From NCBI GenBank assembly GCA_963755715.1, contig CAVWLW010000033.1, positions 288,001-352,000 of the forward strand: 64,000 bases of DNA. The letters are read 5' to 3'. This DNA is from an uncultured delta proteobacterium (GTDB lineage: Bacteria; Desulfobacterota; Binatia; UBA9968). The number at the start of each line of letters is the position of its first letter. Within the stretch, counting starts at the first letter, position 1. The notes beneath the pieces are model-generated. The model did no database searches. It was given only the letters and a program-made list of their open reading frames with translations, and was not told the origin of the DNA. Made by a program: the position numbers and the translations under genes. Positions 27,057 through 37,677 of this stretch are shown piece by piece.

Positions 27057-27234
27057 GGTGGATCTCCTTTTATCGGATATGCACAAGTTCGGAATACTGC
27101 GGGCCTGAGAGGGAGTCAAGGGAGGATTGGCAATCGCCGGGAGCGCCATTTTCATTGGCCCATGCGGCGACCGCTCGGATCGCATGGCAGCGCTCGTGAT
27201 GATCAAAAAACGCACCCCGAGAATAGCGCGAAGC

Positions 27235-27867
27235 CTATTTTGGCGTTTCTTCTTTCGTCGCGACGAAATCGGTCTTGTTTCTGAGCCGGCTGATCAGCTC
27301 TTCGTAAGATGAGTGGGAAATAACCCGGTTGAATTGCGAACGGTAGTTGTTGACCAGGCTGATATTCTCGGCAACGACGTCGTATACCTTCCATTCATTG
27401 CTGACCAAATGAGCTTTGTAGTTAATCGAATACTCTTCGCCTTTGGCGGTCACAATTTTGCTGGCGATATCGGCATAGGTGCCGTCGACGCGCTCGCTGA
27501 CGTAGCTGATTTTTTCGTCGGTGTAGGACTCGATGATACCGGCATAGGCGCGCTCGAGCACGTCGGTAAAGAGCCGGACGAACTCGTCTTGCTCCTGGGG
27601 CGTGCGCCGGCGCCAATTGGCGCCGAGGGCGCGTCTCGCCATCTCGGTGAAATCGAAGCGCGCAAACAGAATTTGTCTCAGTTGATCACGGCGATCGTTG
27701 AGCTTGGCCGGCGGCTTAAAACGCGGGTCGCGCAAAACCGTGAGCGCTTTGTCGACGGTACCTTTAATCTGATCGGTGGGCATGCCCGCGCCGGCCTCGC
27801 CGGCGCCGAGCAGCAAAATCAAGAGCAGAAATCCGGTTTGGATAAATTGTTTACTTCTGCGCATCAT
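27235..27867 (-). CDS. mlaC: MlaC/Ttg2D phospholipid-binding periplasmic protein
   Basis: FDFTEMARRALG and WKVYDVVAENISLVNNYRSQF motifs; in the mla operon. Confidence 0.9.
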   Translation of the reverse strand: MMRRSKQFIQTGFLLLILLLGAGEAGAGMPTDQIKGTVDKALTVLRDPRFKPPAKLNDRRDQLRQILFARFDFTEMARRALGANWRRRTPQEQDEFVRLFTDVLERAYAGIIESYTDEKISYVSERVDGTYADIASKIVTAKGEEYSINYKAHLVSNEWKVYDVVAENISLVNNYRSQFNRVISHSSYEELISRLRNKTDFVATKEETPK

Positions 27868-28330
27868 CTTTCTTCTCGCCCTTCGACGTAAGATCGCCGC
27901 CGACTATTTTGCCGATCAAATCCGGTATATCCGGCGGCGACTCGGTCTCCCTGATTTTGCCGCCGGGCGGAATGATCTTGTCGGAGGCGCCGGGAGTAAT
28001 GAGAACAAACTTATCACCGATCAGGCCGCGGGCGCGCACCGAAGCAATCACGTCTTCTTGCAGTTTCACGCCCTCGTTGAGCCGCAGCGTCAGCCGCGCT
28101 CGATCGTCTTCTGATAAGCCCAACGCGTCCACCCGGCCGACCTTCACTCCGGCTATCTCCACCGGATCGCCGGCCTTTAAACCGGCTACCGAGGGAAAAT
28201 CGGCCACGATAGTATAACCGCTCGCGCCGAACACTTCCAGCTTGCCGAGCTTGATGGCGAGATAGCCCAAGCACGCGATGCCCACCAACACAAACAGGCC
28301 GACGATCATTTCTGTGCGCGTGTGATTCAC
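27851..28330 (-). CDS. mlaD: MlaD MCE-domain protein
   Basis: VGLFVL, GLKAGDPVEIAGVKVGRV and GLIGDKF motifs. Confidence 0.9.
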   Translation of the reverse strand: MNHTRTEMIVGLFVLVGIACLGYLAIKLGKLEVFGASGYTIVADFPSVAGLKAGDPVEIAGVKVGRVDALGLSEDDRARLTLRLNEGVKLQEDVIASVRARGLIGDKFVLITPGASDKIIPPGGKIRETESPPDIPDLIGKIVGGDLTSKGEKKDDAQK

Positions 28331-28343
28331 GAGTCAAGGTCTC

Positions 28344-29090
28344 CTATAGCACGGTGATCGGTCCTTCGGTTTCTACTTGCAGGAATTGCCGCACCACGGG
28401 ATTTTTCGAAGCGATAAATTCCTCTGTACTTCCGGCCGCGATAATCGCGCCGTTGGCGAGCATGGCGACCCGGTCGGAGATCCTGAATACCTCCGGGATA
28501 TCGTGGCTGACGATCGCTCCGGTAAAATTAAACTTAGCGTGCATTTTACGGATCAATTGATGAATGCTTTTTCCAAGCAGTGGGTCCAGTCCCGTGGTCG
28601 GCTCATCGAATAACATGATTTCGGGTTCGGTCACCAACGCGCGCGCCAAGCCGGCGCGTTTCTTCATGCCGCCGCTGACTTCGGCGGGAAATTTATAGCC
28701 CATGCCGTCGAGACCGACCTGCGCCAGGCTTTCGTTAACTTTTTTTTCAATTGCTGCCTCACTAAGCTTTAGATGTTCCCGCACGGGAAAGGCGACGTTG
28801 TCAAAGATCGTCATCGAATCGAGCAGCGCCGCTCCTTGAAACAGCACGCCAAACTTTCGCCGCATTTCATTGAGCTCGGTCTCGCCGAGTTTCGTGATAT
28901 CTTGTCCATCGACCAGGACGCCGCCGCGATCGGGCAGCAACAGTGCATTTAAGTGCTTCAATAAAACCGTCTTGCCCGAGCCGCTGCCGCCGATGATCGT
29001 CGTAATCTTGCCGGTTTCGAGCTCAAGGTTGACGCCTTTCAGCACCTCTTGGCGACCGAAGGTTTTGTGCAGGTCGACGACGCGAATCAT
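28344..29090 (-). CDS. mlaF: MlaF ABC ATPase
   Basis: GGSGSGKT, LFQGAAL, SGGMKKRAGLARAL and FDEPTTGLDP motifs. Confidence 0.9.
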   Translation of the reverse strand: MIRVVDLHKTFGRQEVLKGVNLELETGKITTIIGGSGSGKTVLLKHLNALLLPDRGGVLVDGQDITKLGETELNEMRRKFGVLFQGAALLDSMTIFDNVAFPVREHLKLSEAAIEKKVNESLAQVGLDGMGYKFPAEVSGGMKKRAGLARALVTEPEIMLFDEPTTGLDPLLGKSIHQLIRKMHAKFNFTGAIVSHDIPEVFRISDRVAMLANGAIIAAGSTEEFIASKNPVVRQFLQVETEGPITVL

Positions 29091-29094
29091 GAAG

Positions 29095-29865
29095 TTAGAG
29101 CATGATCGATGTCATGAAATAATTCCAAACCAGGATCATGACGAAGCAAAGCACGACCGATTCGGTCGTTGCCTGACCGACTCCCGTGGCCATCGGCGGA
29201 GCGTTAAAACCTTTGTAACAGCAAATCCAGGTGATGATGAGGCCGAAACTCACCGATTTCAAAAACCCGCTCAGCACGTCTTTAAAAACCACGCTCAGCT
29301 CCATGCCGGCGAAATAGCTGCCGGAGCTGACGCCGAGCAGTTGGACACCGACGACGAAAGCCCCGTAAATCGCCACGACATCGAAGATCGCCGTCAAGAG
29401 CGGCATGGAAATCAAACCGGCCAGGATGCGCGGCGAGACGAGGTATTGGATCGGATTGATCGCCATCGAATAAAGCGCGTCGATCTGCTCGGTGACTTTC
29501 ATGCTGGCGATTTCCGCGGCCATGGCCGAGCCGGTCCGGCCCGTGACCATGAAAGCCGAGAGCACCGGGCCGAGCTCACGGAGGATGCCGAGGGCGACCG
29601 CCGAGCCGAGAAAATTTTCCGCGTTGAATTTTCTAAGACTGTAATAGCCTTGCAGACCCATGACCATGCCGGTAAAGACGCCCGACAGAATCACCACCGA
29701 GAGCGACTCCACGCCGATCGTGCGAATATGGTGAATGATCAAACGGACCCGCGACGGCGGCCGGAAAGCCCAGGCAAAGGCCGAGAGCAGGAACAAAAAG
29801 GTTCGTCCCGTGGCGGCCGTGTACTCGATCGTGTAACGGCCGATTTGACCGATCAGAGAAAACAT
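29095..29865 (-). CDS. mlaE: MlaE ABC permease
   Basis: RELGPVL, GRTGSAMAAEIASMKVTEQIDAL and GVGQATT motifs. Confidence 0.9.
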   Translation of the reverse strand: MFSLIGQIGRYTIEYTAATGRTFLFLLSAFAWAFRPPSRVRLIIHHIRTIGVESLSVVILSGVFTGMVMGLQGYYSLRKFNAENFLGSAVALGILRELGPVLSAFMVTGRTGSAMAAEIASMKVTEQIDALYSMAINPIQYLVSPRILAGLISMPLLTAIFDVVAIYGAFVVGVQLLGVSSGSYFAGMELSVVFKDVLSGFLKSVSFGLIITWICCYKGFNAPPMATGVGQATTESVVLCFVMILVWNYFMTSIML

Positions 29866-29976
29866 AATTTGTGTTGGAATAGTCTATACTACCAGACCCA
29901 GGCTATTACAGAATAGTCAGCGCTTTTTCAAGAATCGGCGCCTCTTGGCGCCGGCCGAGCTTATCGAGGACGTTTC

Positions 29977-30714
29977 GTGAACTCATCGAATGAAACATTG
30001 GACGCGCTTTTTAACGGGCGATTGACCCTCTATCAAAGTCGCGCCGGCTATCGGTTTTCCCTTGACGCTTTGCTCTTGGCGCACTTTGTCACGATCAAAC
30101 GGGACGATAAAATCATCGATTTGGGAACAGGAAGCGGCGTGGTCCCATTGGTTCTCGCCGATTTGTATCCGTCGATCCATGTGACCGGTGTCGAGCTCCA
30201 AGCAACGCTGCTCGAGCGCGCCCGTCGCAACGTTCAAGCTAATCGACTCGAAAGCCGAATTCAAATTATCCCCGGCGACGTACGCTGCTCTGGCAAGATG
30301 GCTAGTCCCGCCAGTTTCGATGTCGCCGTTTGCAATCCACCCTATCGCAAGCCGGGCAGCGGCCGCCTCAGCGTTGACGTTGAACGTCAGGTCGCGCGCC
30401 ACGAGATGAAGGGCGGGTTGAAAGATTTTCTTGCTGCCGGGGCTTTCCTGCTGCGCGCGAAAGGTTGCATGGCACTGGTTTATCCGGCGCTGCGCTGTGT
30501 CGATCTGCTAGCCGCGATGCGTGCAGCCGGACTCGAGCCTAAGCGATTGCGCATGGTTCACTCATTCGCTCCGGCACGAGCCTCGTTGGTTTTGGCGGAA
30601 GGGGTCAAAGGCGGTCGCAGCGGCCTGGAGGTGTTGGCGCCGCTGGCCATTTATCGGCGCGGCAAAGATTATACCGACGAAGTCGCCGCAATGATTGCCG
30701 GCGCGCGCGGATGA
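29977..30714 (+). CDS. tRNA1(Val) A37 N6-methyltransferase family (YfiC/TrmN6)
   Basis: GYRFSLDALLLA, DLGTGSG, NPPY and ARHE motifs. Confidence 0.85.
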   Translation: MNSSNETLDALFNGRLTLYQSRAGYRFSLDALLLAHFVTIKRDDKIIDLGTGSGVVPLVLADLYPSIHVTGVELQATLLERARRNVQANRLESRIQIIPGDVRCSGKMASPASFDVAVCNPPYRKPGSGRLSVDVERQVARHEMKGGLKDFLAAGAFLLRAKGCMALVYPALRCVDLLAAMRAAGLEPKRLRMVHSFAPARASLVLAEGVKGGRSGLEVLAPLAIYRRGKDYTDEVAAMIAGARG

Positions 30715-30755
30715 CGACTGGTTTCTATCGTTAGAGCACTCACTGATCCCAGACG

Positions 30756-31230
30756 CTAAATTTTTGGCTGGCGCCGCGCGTAGCTTTTTAGGAGCTTCTT
30801 AAACGCGGCGCGAATCTCGGGGTCTTCGATGGACTGCAAAAATTCCTCATTGACCGGATGATCAAAATTTTCTTCCGCTTCGCATGACTCGGGGGAATTG
30901 GCCGCGTCTCGACTCCGCTTCGTCAATCCGCCCCACCATGAAGAAAATATTTTTGACGATCTCGCCGTTGAGGCGCTGATTTAGCTTGCCGGCGATCATC
31001 TCTTTCATGAATTGCAGCTCTTGCATCCACACGGGGCTCGACACCTTTACGAACAAAGTGCCGTTACGAATCTTTTCAGGCTGGGCATTGCGCGCGATCA
31101 TCTTGCCGACAACCTCGCGCCAAATCGGCCAGACGCCGTACTCATCTAAGCGCGGCGCCAGGTCGAAACGCTTCAACGATTGCTCAAGCACGGCGCCGAT
31201 GCTTTCTATTTGTGGGGTCTTTTTGGTCAT
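30756..31230 (-). CDS. dciA: DciA (DUF721) family protein, apparent C-terminal frameshifts
   Basis: WREVVG..IA..AQP...GTLFVKVSSPVWMQELQFMK. A shifted frame continues ...QSIEDPEIRAAFKKLLKSYARRQPKI* to 30756. Confidence 0.75.
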
Positions 31231-31360
31231 TTTTCCGCCCAAAAAACGTTAACAGAAGTGAACGAGCGACACCAGGGCGCTAACCAGACTTCCCGTGAAG
31301 TTCCAGAAGTCGCCAAAGCCGGCGAAAAAACACGATAAATTCCGACCATGAAAATTATCA

Positions 31361-31435
31361 TTGACAAAACTTGGATTTATTTTTACAACTACAAAATCTA
31401 GTGCATTTCTAAATTGACCACACAACATATTGGGG
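31361..31435 (+). promoter_or_regulatory. sigma70 promoter with two NrdR boxes
   Basis: TTGACA-17 nt-TACAAC. The boxes ctaCAAAATCTAGtgc (31389..31404) and acaCAACATATTGggg (31420..31435) are 31 bp apart and match acaCwAtATaTwGtg. Confidence 0.85.
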
Positions 31436-31464
31436 AATTTAAAGCGGAAGGGAGAACGCGAACG

Positions 31465-34230
31465 ATGGCTACGGGGACTTCTCAGGCGGCCGAAACGGGC
31501 GTCTCGAAAGGGACGGCGGCGAAGGCAAAAACCGGATTGAAAATAACGCGCTATTTTAGCCGGGCTGGGGTAAGCCCGTACGACGAAATTGACTGGGAGC
31601 TGCGCACCGCTTCGATTATCAATGAAAAGGGCAAGGTCGTCTTCGAGCAAGCCAATGTCGAGATTCCCAAAGCCTGGTCGCTGATGGCGACGCAAGTGGT
31701 GGTTTCGAAATATTTTCGCGGCCCGTTGGGCACACCCCAAAGAGAGCATAGCGTACGCCAGATGATCGGCCGCGTCGTGGAAACAATCGCCGGCTGGGGT
31801 AAAAAAGACGGTTATTTTGCCACGGACGAAGATGCGCGCACTTTCGCCGACGAACTCACGCACATTCTGTTGCATCAAAAGGCCTGCTTTAACAGCCCAG
31901 TCTGGTTTAACTGCGGCATCGAAGAGAAGCCCCAGTGCTCCGCTTGCTTCATCCTTGCCGTCGAAGACACGATGGACTCGATCCTCGACTGGTACCGCAA
32001 GGAAGGGGTCATTTTTAAAGGCGGGTCCGGCTCCGGCGTAAATCTTTCCAAGATTCGCTCCGCCAAAGAACACTTGGCCGGCGGCGGCACGGCATCGGGT
32101 CCGGTCTCCTTTATGAAAGCCGCCGACGCCTCAGCAGGCGTAATCAAGTCCGGCGGTAAGACCCGGCGGGCAGCGAAGATGGTCGTTTTAGATATCGATC
32201 ATCCGGACATCGAAGAGTTCATCAAATGCAAAGTTGAAGAGGAAAAGAAGGCTTGGGCGTTGATCGAAGCCGGCTACGATTCGAGTCTCGATGGTCCGGC
32301 GTATGGCAGTGTGTTTTTTCAAAACGCCAACAATTCAGTGCGGGTGACGGATGAATTCATGCGCGCCGTTCAGGAGGACCGCGACTGGCAAACCAAATAC
32401 GTCAGGAGCGGCGAGCCGTGCGAGACGTTCAAGGCGCGCGATCTTATGCGCATGATCGGCGAGAGCACCTATTTCTGCGGTGATCCAGGCATGCAGTACG
32501 ACACGACGATTAACGACTGGCATACCTGCTCGAATACCGCGCGCATCAACGCCTCCAATCCATGCTCAGAGTACATGCACCTGGATAACTCGGCGTGTAA
32601 TTTAGCGTCCCTCAATCTGCTCAAGTATCTCCGCGAAGACGGCGTTTTCGACACCGAGGCGTTTCGCCGGGCGGTCGATATCGTGATTTTGGCGCAGGAC
32701 ATTCTGATCGATAACTCTTCGTATCCGACGCCTGAAATCACCGCCAATGCGCATGCGTTCCGCGAGCTCGGCATGGGCTATGCCAATCTCGGCGCGCTCT
32801 TGATGTCGCTCGGTCTGCCTTACGATTCCGATGCCGGCCGGGCCTATGCCGGCGCCATTACAGCGTTGATGTCGGGTCAGGGCTATTTGCAATCGAGCCG
32901 AAATGCGGCCGCCACCGGCGCTTTCGCGGGCTACGAGGTGAATCGCCAACCGATGCTGCGCGTGCTCAACAAGCACCGTTCTCAGGCTTATAAGATCTCG
33001 CCGTCCCATGTGCCGCTCGATCTGCTCACGGCGGCGCGCGAAGCGTGGGACCTCACCTGCGCCGAAGCTGAGAAACACGGCGTGAAGAATTCACAGATTT
33101 CTGTGTTGGCGCCGACCGGCACGATCGCCTTTATGATGGACTGTGATACCACCGGGGTAGAGCCCGACATCGCGCTCATCAAGTACAAAAAGTTGGTCGG
33201 CGGCGGTCTATTGAAGATCGTCAACAATACGGTGCCGCGCGCGTTGCGCCGCTTGGGCTACGACGTCAAGCAGATCCAAGACATCATCGAATATGTCGAG
33301 GAGCATGAAACCATTGAGGGCGCTCCGAACCTCAAAGATGACGATCTCGCGGTGTTCGATTGCGCTTTCAAGCCGGCCAACGGCATGCGCTCCATTCAAT
33401 ACATGGGCCACGTCAAAATGATGGGTGCGGTGCAGCCGTTTATTTCCGGCGCGATTTCCAAGACCATCAACATGCCCACCGACGCCACCGTGGAAGACAT
33501 CATGCACGCCTACATGGAGTCGTGGAAACTGGGTCTCAAGGCGGTGGCGATCTATCGGGACGGATCCAAACGCACGCAGCCGCTCAATACCTCGAAAGAC
33601 AAAGAGGAGCAGAAAAACGCGGCGGTGGAAATCAAAGAAGCGAGGGTATTGCGCCATAAGTTGCCCGACGAACGGCGCTCGATCACCCACAAGTTCGATA
33701 TCGCCGGCCATGAGGGCTACATTACCGCCGGCATGTATGAAGACGGCCAGCCGGGAGAAATCTTTATCACCATGTCGAAAGAGGGCTCGACGATCTCCGG
33801 TCTAATGGATTCATTCGCCACGGCGATTTCCATGTCGCTACAATACGGTGTGCCGTTGAGAGTTCTGGTCGACAAGTTCAGCCATATGCGCTTCGAGCCC
33901 TCCGGCTTTACCAAGAATCCCGATATTCCGATGGCAAAGTCGATCATGGATTATATTTTCCGCTGGCTCGCCAGCAAGTTTCTCGACGGCGATGCGCAGC
34001 AAGAGGTCGGCATCGTCAAACAAGAACCGGTGGAAGAAGTGCACCATAAAAAAGTCGTCTCTCTCGCCGCTCATACGCCGCGCGGCGGCGCGCCGGTGAC
34101 GAGCATCAGCAGTGTGACGGGCCTCTACCAGCAGGACGCGCCGCCTTGCCCCGACTGCGGCGCTATTATGATTCGCAGCGGCGCCTGCTATAAATGCTTG
34201 AACTGCGGCGCAGTGAGCGGCTGCTCTTAA
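31465..34230 (+). CDS. nrdJ: Class II (adenosylcobalamin-dependent) ribonucleotide reductase
   Basis: FNSPVWFN, QCSACFI, SNPCSEY, ACNLASLN and APTGT motifs, with a C-terminal TSCPD-like domain and CxxC..CxxC ribbon. Confidence 0.95.
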   Translation: MATGTSQAAETGVSKGTAAKAKTGLKITRYFSRAGVSPYDEIDWELRTASIINEKGKVVFEQANVEIPKAWSLMATQVVVSKYFRGPLGTPQREHSVRQMIGRVVETIAGWGKKDGYFATDEDARTFADELTHILLHQKACFNSPVWFNCGIEEKPQCSACFILAVEDTMDSILDWYRKEGVIFKGGSGSGVNLSKIRSAKEHLAGGGTASGPVSFMKAADASAGVIKSGGKTRRAAKMVVLDIDHPDIEEFIKCKVEEEKKAWALIEAGYDSSLDGPAYGSVFFQNANNSVRVTDEFMRAVQEDRDWQTKYVRSGEPCETFKARDLMRMIGESTYFCGDPGMQYDTTINDWHTCSNTARINASNPCSEYMHLDNSACNLASLNLLKYLREDGVFDTEAFRRAVDIVILAQDILIDNSSYPTPEITANAHAFRELGMGYANLGALLMSLGLPYDSDAGRAYAGAITALMSGQGYLQSSRNAAATGAFAGYEVNRQPMLRVLNKHRSQAYKISPSHVPLDLLTAAREAWDLTCAEAEKHGVKNSQISVLAPTGTIAFMMDCDTTGVEPDIALIKYKKLVGGGLLKIVNNTVPRALRRLGYDVKQIQDIIEYVEEHETIEGAPNLKDDDLAVFDCAFKPANGMRSIQYMGHVKMMGAVQPFISGAISKTINMPTDATVEDIMHAYMESWKLGLKAVAIYRDGSKRTQPLNTSKDKEEQKNAAVEIKEARVLRHKLPDERRSITHKFDIAGHEGYITAGMYEDGQPGEIFITMSKEGSTISGLMDSFATAISMSLQYGVPLRVLVDKFSHMRFEPSGFTKNPDIPMAKSIMDYIFRWLASKFLDGDAQQEVGIVKQEPVEEVHHKKVVSLAAHTPRGGAPVTSISSVTGLYQQDAPPCPDCGAIMIRSGACYKCLNCGAVSGCS

Positions 34231-34261
34231 GCGAGACGGAGCGACTGGGCTAAAAAGTCGG

Positions 34262-34295
34262 ACGGGCTGGGAGCAAGGCTGCCGGCCCGTTTTTT
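34262..34295 (+). terminator. Rho-independent terminator after nrdJ
   Basis: ACGGGCTGG/CCGGCCCGT stem followed by a T run. Confidence 0.75.
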
Positions 34296-34383
34296 ATTAG
34301 AGCAGCTGCGGAGGATTGGAAGCCGGCCAGCGGATCAATTTTTAAAATAAAGAATTCGCGACAGCGCCGGTGAATATCGGACC

Positions 34384-34989
34384 TTATTTTTTTTCCAGAT
34401 AAAGCATGCCTTTCTGGGTGTCGATATCCATGCGGAAGTTGCTCAAAAAATTCAGCCCTAAAAGTCCGGCCACTTCTGGGTCGGGCACCGCATCGTGGAC
34501 TGCAGCGGGGAGATTGCGGATTTCCAATCCACCGACCGTGATCGATTCTAGGTTGGTCACCGGAGCCTGGATCAATCCATTGGCAGTCTGAAACGGCAGG
34601 GTTTTCGGATTCTGACCCACGTCGATGGACAGCTCGCGCGCGAGCGCGCTCGAGATTAGGGTATAGCTGGCGCCGGTATCGACTACGAATTTTGCCGACC
34701 GCTTATTGTTCAAAGTCGCCTGAATGATTGCCACCTGGCCATGCTTCTCCAAAGGAATCGACGCTTTCTTCGGTGGCGGCGGTTTGATTTCCGGCTCGCG
34801 GCTGCGCGGGCTTTCTTGAGCTTGAATGCGGTTGGCCCCTGCCCTTTGTGTCTGCGGCACGTTGTGCAGGTTGTCGGTGATGTGAAGCACGCCGCTGTCG
34901 TCGACCCAACGGTAGTATTCGGCAGCGCGAGCACTATGAGCGAACCAAAGCAAGCAGAAAGCCAAGACCAGGCCGAGGTTGTTTTTCAC
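34384..34989 (-). CDS. Secreted retropepsin-like (clan AA) aspartyl protease with DUF4124-like N-terminus
   Basis: YRWVDDSGVLHITD, FVVDTGAS, TANG and GLLGLNFL motifs. Confidence 0.85.
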   Translation of the reverse strand: MKNNLGLVLAFCLLWFAHSARAAEYYRWVDDSGVLHITDNLHNVPQTQRAGANRIQAQESPRSREPEIKPPPPKKASIPLEKHGQVAIIQATLNNKRSAKFVVDTGASYTLISSALARELSIDVGQNPKTLPFQTANGLIQAPVTNLESITVGGLEIRNLPAAVHDAVPDPEVAGLLGLNFLSNFRMDIDTQKGMLYLEKK

Positions 34990-35203
34990 GATGACGCCAA
35001 ATCTAGCATGTTTTTGGCGTTTCGGCGAAACAAAGTTTAAAGTTGAGAGACGGATTGACGCTAGGATTTGGGCGCCGTGGTTATTTTGGTTCAGGCGCGT
35101 CAGTTCTCATTGACCTTCACGATCTCGCATACTTTACAAGCGATTATCCTTGTGCTAGACGTGAATGAACTAAAGGAAGGAAAGAGACAAAAGAGCGGAG
35201 AAT

Positions 35204-35473
35204 ATGGGAATTGCTGAACCGCAGAAACGACAATCTATTGAGCAGTTCAGGGTTCATCAAACGGACACCGGCTCTCCAGAAGTGCAGGTTGCGCTTCTAA
35301 GCCAGCGCATCGACCATCTCACTGAACACTTCAAGGTCCATGTGAAGGATCACCATTCTCGTCGTGGACTCCTGAAGTTAGTAGGGCAGAGGAGAAGGCT
35401 GCTGGATTATCTTCGAAACACCGATTTTGCGAGATACCAGAACCTTATTCAGCGGCTTGGAATACGCAAATAG
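35204..35473 (+). CDS. rpsO: 30S ribosomal protein S15
   Basis: [12 protein letters not shown] and [23 protein letters not shown]. Confidence 0.98.
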   Translation: MGIAEPQKRQSIEQFRVHQTDTGSPEVQVALLSQRIDHLTEHFKVHVKDHHSRRGLLKLVGQRRRLLDYLRNTDFARYQNLIQRLGIRK

Positions 35474-35542
35474 CTATTCCCGATCCGTTGCCCTCCGTTT
35501 CCACGCCTCCGTCAGACGCGTCTCCCGCCAGAGGATTTTTCT

Positions 35543-37651
35543 ATGATTAAAAAGGTTGAAGTAGACTTTCATGGTCGACCCTTATCTATCGAGGTTGGCC
35601 GCATGGCTAAACAGGCTGATGGTGCCGCGCTGGTGCGCTACGGCGAAACGGTGGTTTTGGTGACTGCTGTCGCGGCCAAGGATCTCAAGCTCGACACCGA
35701 TTTTTTTCCCCTCACGGTAGACTACCAGGAAAAGACCTTCGCCGCCGGGAAGATTCCCGGCGGTTTTTTTAAACGGGAGGGCCGACCCTCGGAGAAAGAG
35801 ATTTTAACCTGTCGATTGATCGACCGCTCGATTCGCCCGCTCTTCGCTGAAGGATTGCGTTGCGAGACTCAAGTGATTGCAACCGTGCTTTCCGCGGACC
35901 GCGAGAACGATCCGGACGTAGTTGCCATGCTCGGAACATCGATCGCTTTGCACGTCTCTGACATCCCATTCAACGGGCCACTCGCCGGAGTGCGCATCGG
36001 CCGTATCGATGGCCGATGGGTGATGAATCCGACCCAGAGCCAACTGGAACAGAGCGACGTCGATATTTTTCTTTCCGGCAGCCGGGATGCGATCGTCATG
36101 GTCGAGGGCGGCGCGCAAGTGGTGCCTGAGGAAGAGATTCTCGAAGCTCTGTTTGCCGGCCATGAAGCGATTCAACCACTCCTGCAAATACAAGAGGAAA
36201 TTCGCCGGGAGATCGGCAAACCGAAAAGACATGTGCCGCTCGCCCAATTGGACCACGCGGTTGCGCGCAGGGTCGAGGATTTGGCGCTTACCAGGTTGAG
36301 ACAAGCTCTCGAGGTGCCCGAGAAGTTGGAACGCTATAAACGGATCGCCGAAGTTAAGGGCGAGGTCGTACCGCTGGCTTTGGCCGAATTTCCAGACAAA
36401 CAAAAAGATATCAAAGGTGCTTTCGAGGAGCTCAAACGTAACGTTTTTCGCGGCTTGGTCATTCAAAAGGAGCGGCGCATCGACGGGCGCGGCCTCAAGG
36501 ACGTCCGGCCGATTACATGCGAAACTGGGGTGCTGCCGCGCACCCACGGCTCGGCGTTATTTACGCGCGGCGAAACCCAGGCACTTGTAGTCACCACCTT
36601 GGGCACGACGTCGGACGAGCAAAGGGTCGATGCTTTGATCGGCGAGCATTTCAAAAAATTCATGCTGCATTACAATTTTCCGCCGTTCAGTGTCGGCGAA
36701 GTTAAATTTCTGCGCGGTCCCGGGCGGCGCGAAATCGGTCACGGCAATCTCGCCGAGCGCGCCCTGGTTCCCGTGCTGCCCGCCGAAGACGGCTTTCCCT
36801 ATACCATTCGCATCGTCGCGGAAATTCTCGAGTCCAACGGCTCGACATCGATGGCGACGGTGTGCGGTGGATCGCTGTCCTTGATGGACGCGGGCGTGCC
36901 GGTCGCAGCTCCAGTGGCGGGTATCGCCATGGGACTGATTAAAGAAGGAGAGCATGTGCGCGTGCTCTCCGACATTCTTGGCGACGAAGATCACCTGGGC
37001 GATATGGACTTCAAGGTCGCCGGCACGGCGGACGGTGTGACCTCTCTGCAGATGGATATCAAAATCAGCGGCGTCAATCGTGAAGTCATGCACCAGGCGC
37101 TACACCAGGCCAAAGAGGGCCGGCTGCATATTCTCGGCATCATGAATGCGACGTTACCGGCCGCACGGACCAGCGTTTCCGGGCATGCGCCGCGCATCAT
37201 TACTTTGAGAGTCAAGCCGGAGAAGATTCGCGAGATCATCGGCCCGGGCGGAAAAGTCATTCGCGGTATCATCGAAGCGACCGGCGTCAAGATGGACGTC
37301 GAAGATGACGGCACCGTGACGATCGCCTCGATCGATGCAGCGGCCTCCCAAAAGGCCGTTGAGATGGTGCAGCGGATCGCCGCGGAAGCCGAGATCGGGA
37401 AAATATACAAAGGCACCGTGCGCAAGATCGTCGAATTCGGCGCCTTCGTTGAGATATTGCCGGGCACCGACGGCTTGGTTCATATCTCCCAGCTCGCGCC
37501 CGAGCGCGTGCGCAAAGTCAGCGACGTGCTGAAAGAAGGCGATGAAGTGATGGTGAAAGTCCTGGAAATCGACAAACAGGGCAAGATCCGGCTGAGCCGC
37601 AAAGAGGCGCTTGAAGAAACCGGCGGCGATTCGGGTAGCGCGCCGAATTGA
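35543..37651 (+). CDS. pnp: Polyribonucleotide nucleotidyltransferase
   Basis: [29 protein letters not shown], plus KH and S1 domains. Confidence 0.98.
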   Translation: MIKKVEVDFHGRPLSIEVGRMAKQADGAALVRYGETVVLVTAVAAKDLKLDTDFFPLTVDYQEKTFAAGKIPGGFFKREGRPSEKEILTCRLIDRSIRPLFAEGLRCETQVIATVLSADRENDPDVVAMLGTSIALHVSDIPFNGPLAGVRIGRIDGRWVMNPTQSQLEQSDVDIFLSGSRDAIVMVEGGAQVVPEEEILEALFAGHEAIQPLLQIQEEIRREIGKPKRHVPLAQLDHAVARRVEDLALTRLRQALEVPEKLERYKRIAEVKGEVVPLALAEFPDKQKDIKGAFEELKRNVFRGLVIQKERRIDGRGLKDVRPITCETGVLPRTHGSALFTRGETQALVVTTLGTTSDEQRVDALIGEHFKKFMLHYNFPPFSVGEVKFLRGPGRREIGHGNLAERALVPVLPAEDGFPYTIRIVAEILESNGSTSMATVCGGSLSLMDAGVPVAAPVAGIAMGLIKEGEHVRVLSDILGDEDHLGDMDFKVAGTADGVTSLQMDIKISGVNREVMHQALHQAKEGRLHILGIMNATLPAARTSVSGHAPRIITLRVKPEKIREIIGPGGKVIRGIIEATGVKMDVEDDGTVTIASIDAAASQKAVEMVQRIAAEAEIGKIYKGTVRKIVEFGAFVEILPGTDGLVHISQLAPERVRKVSDVLKEGDEVMVKVLEIDKQGKIRLSRKEALEETGGDSGSAPN

Positions 37652-37677
37652 CGGCGGCGCATCTCACGTGACATTTG

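Noticed and set aside
31465-34230. Intein or intron in nrdJ
   Set aside because: The length (921 aa) and continuous motifs fit an uninterrupted class II RNR, and no splice-junction motifs were seen.
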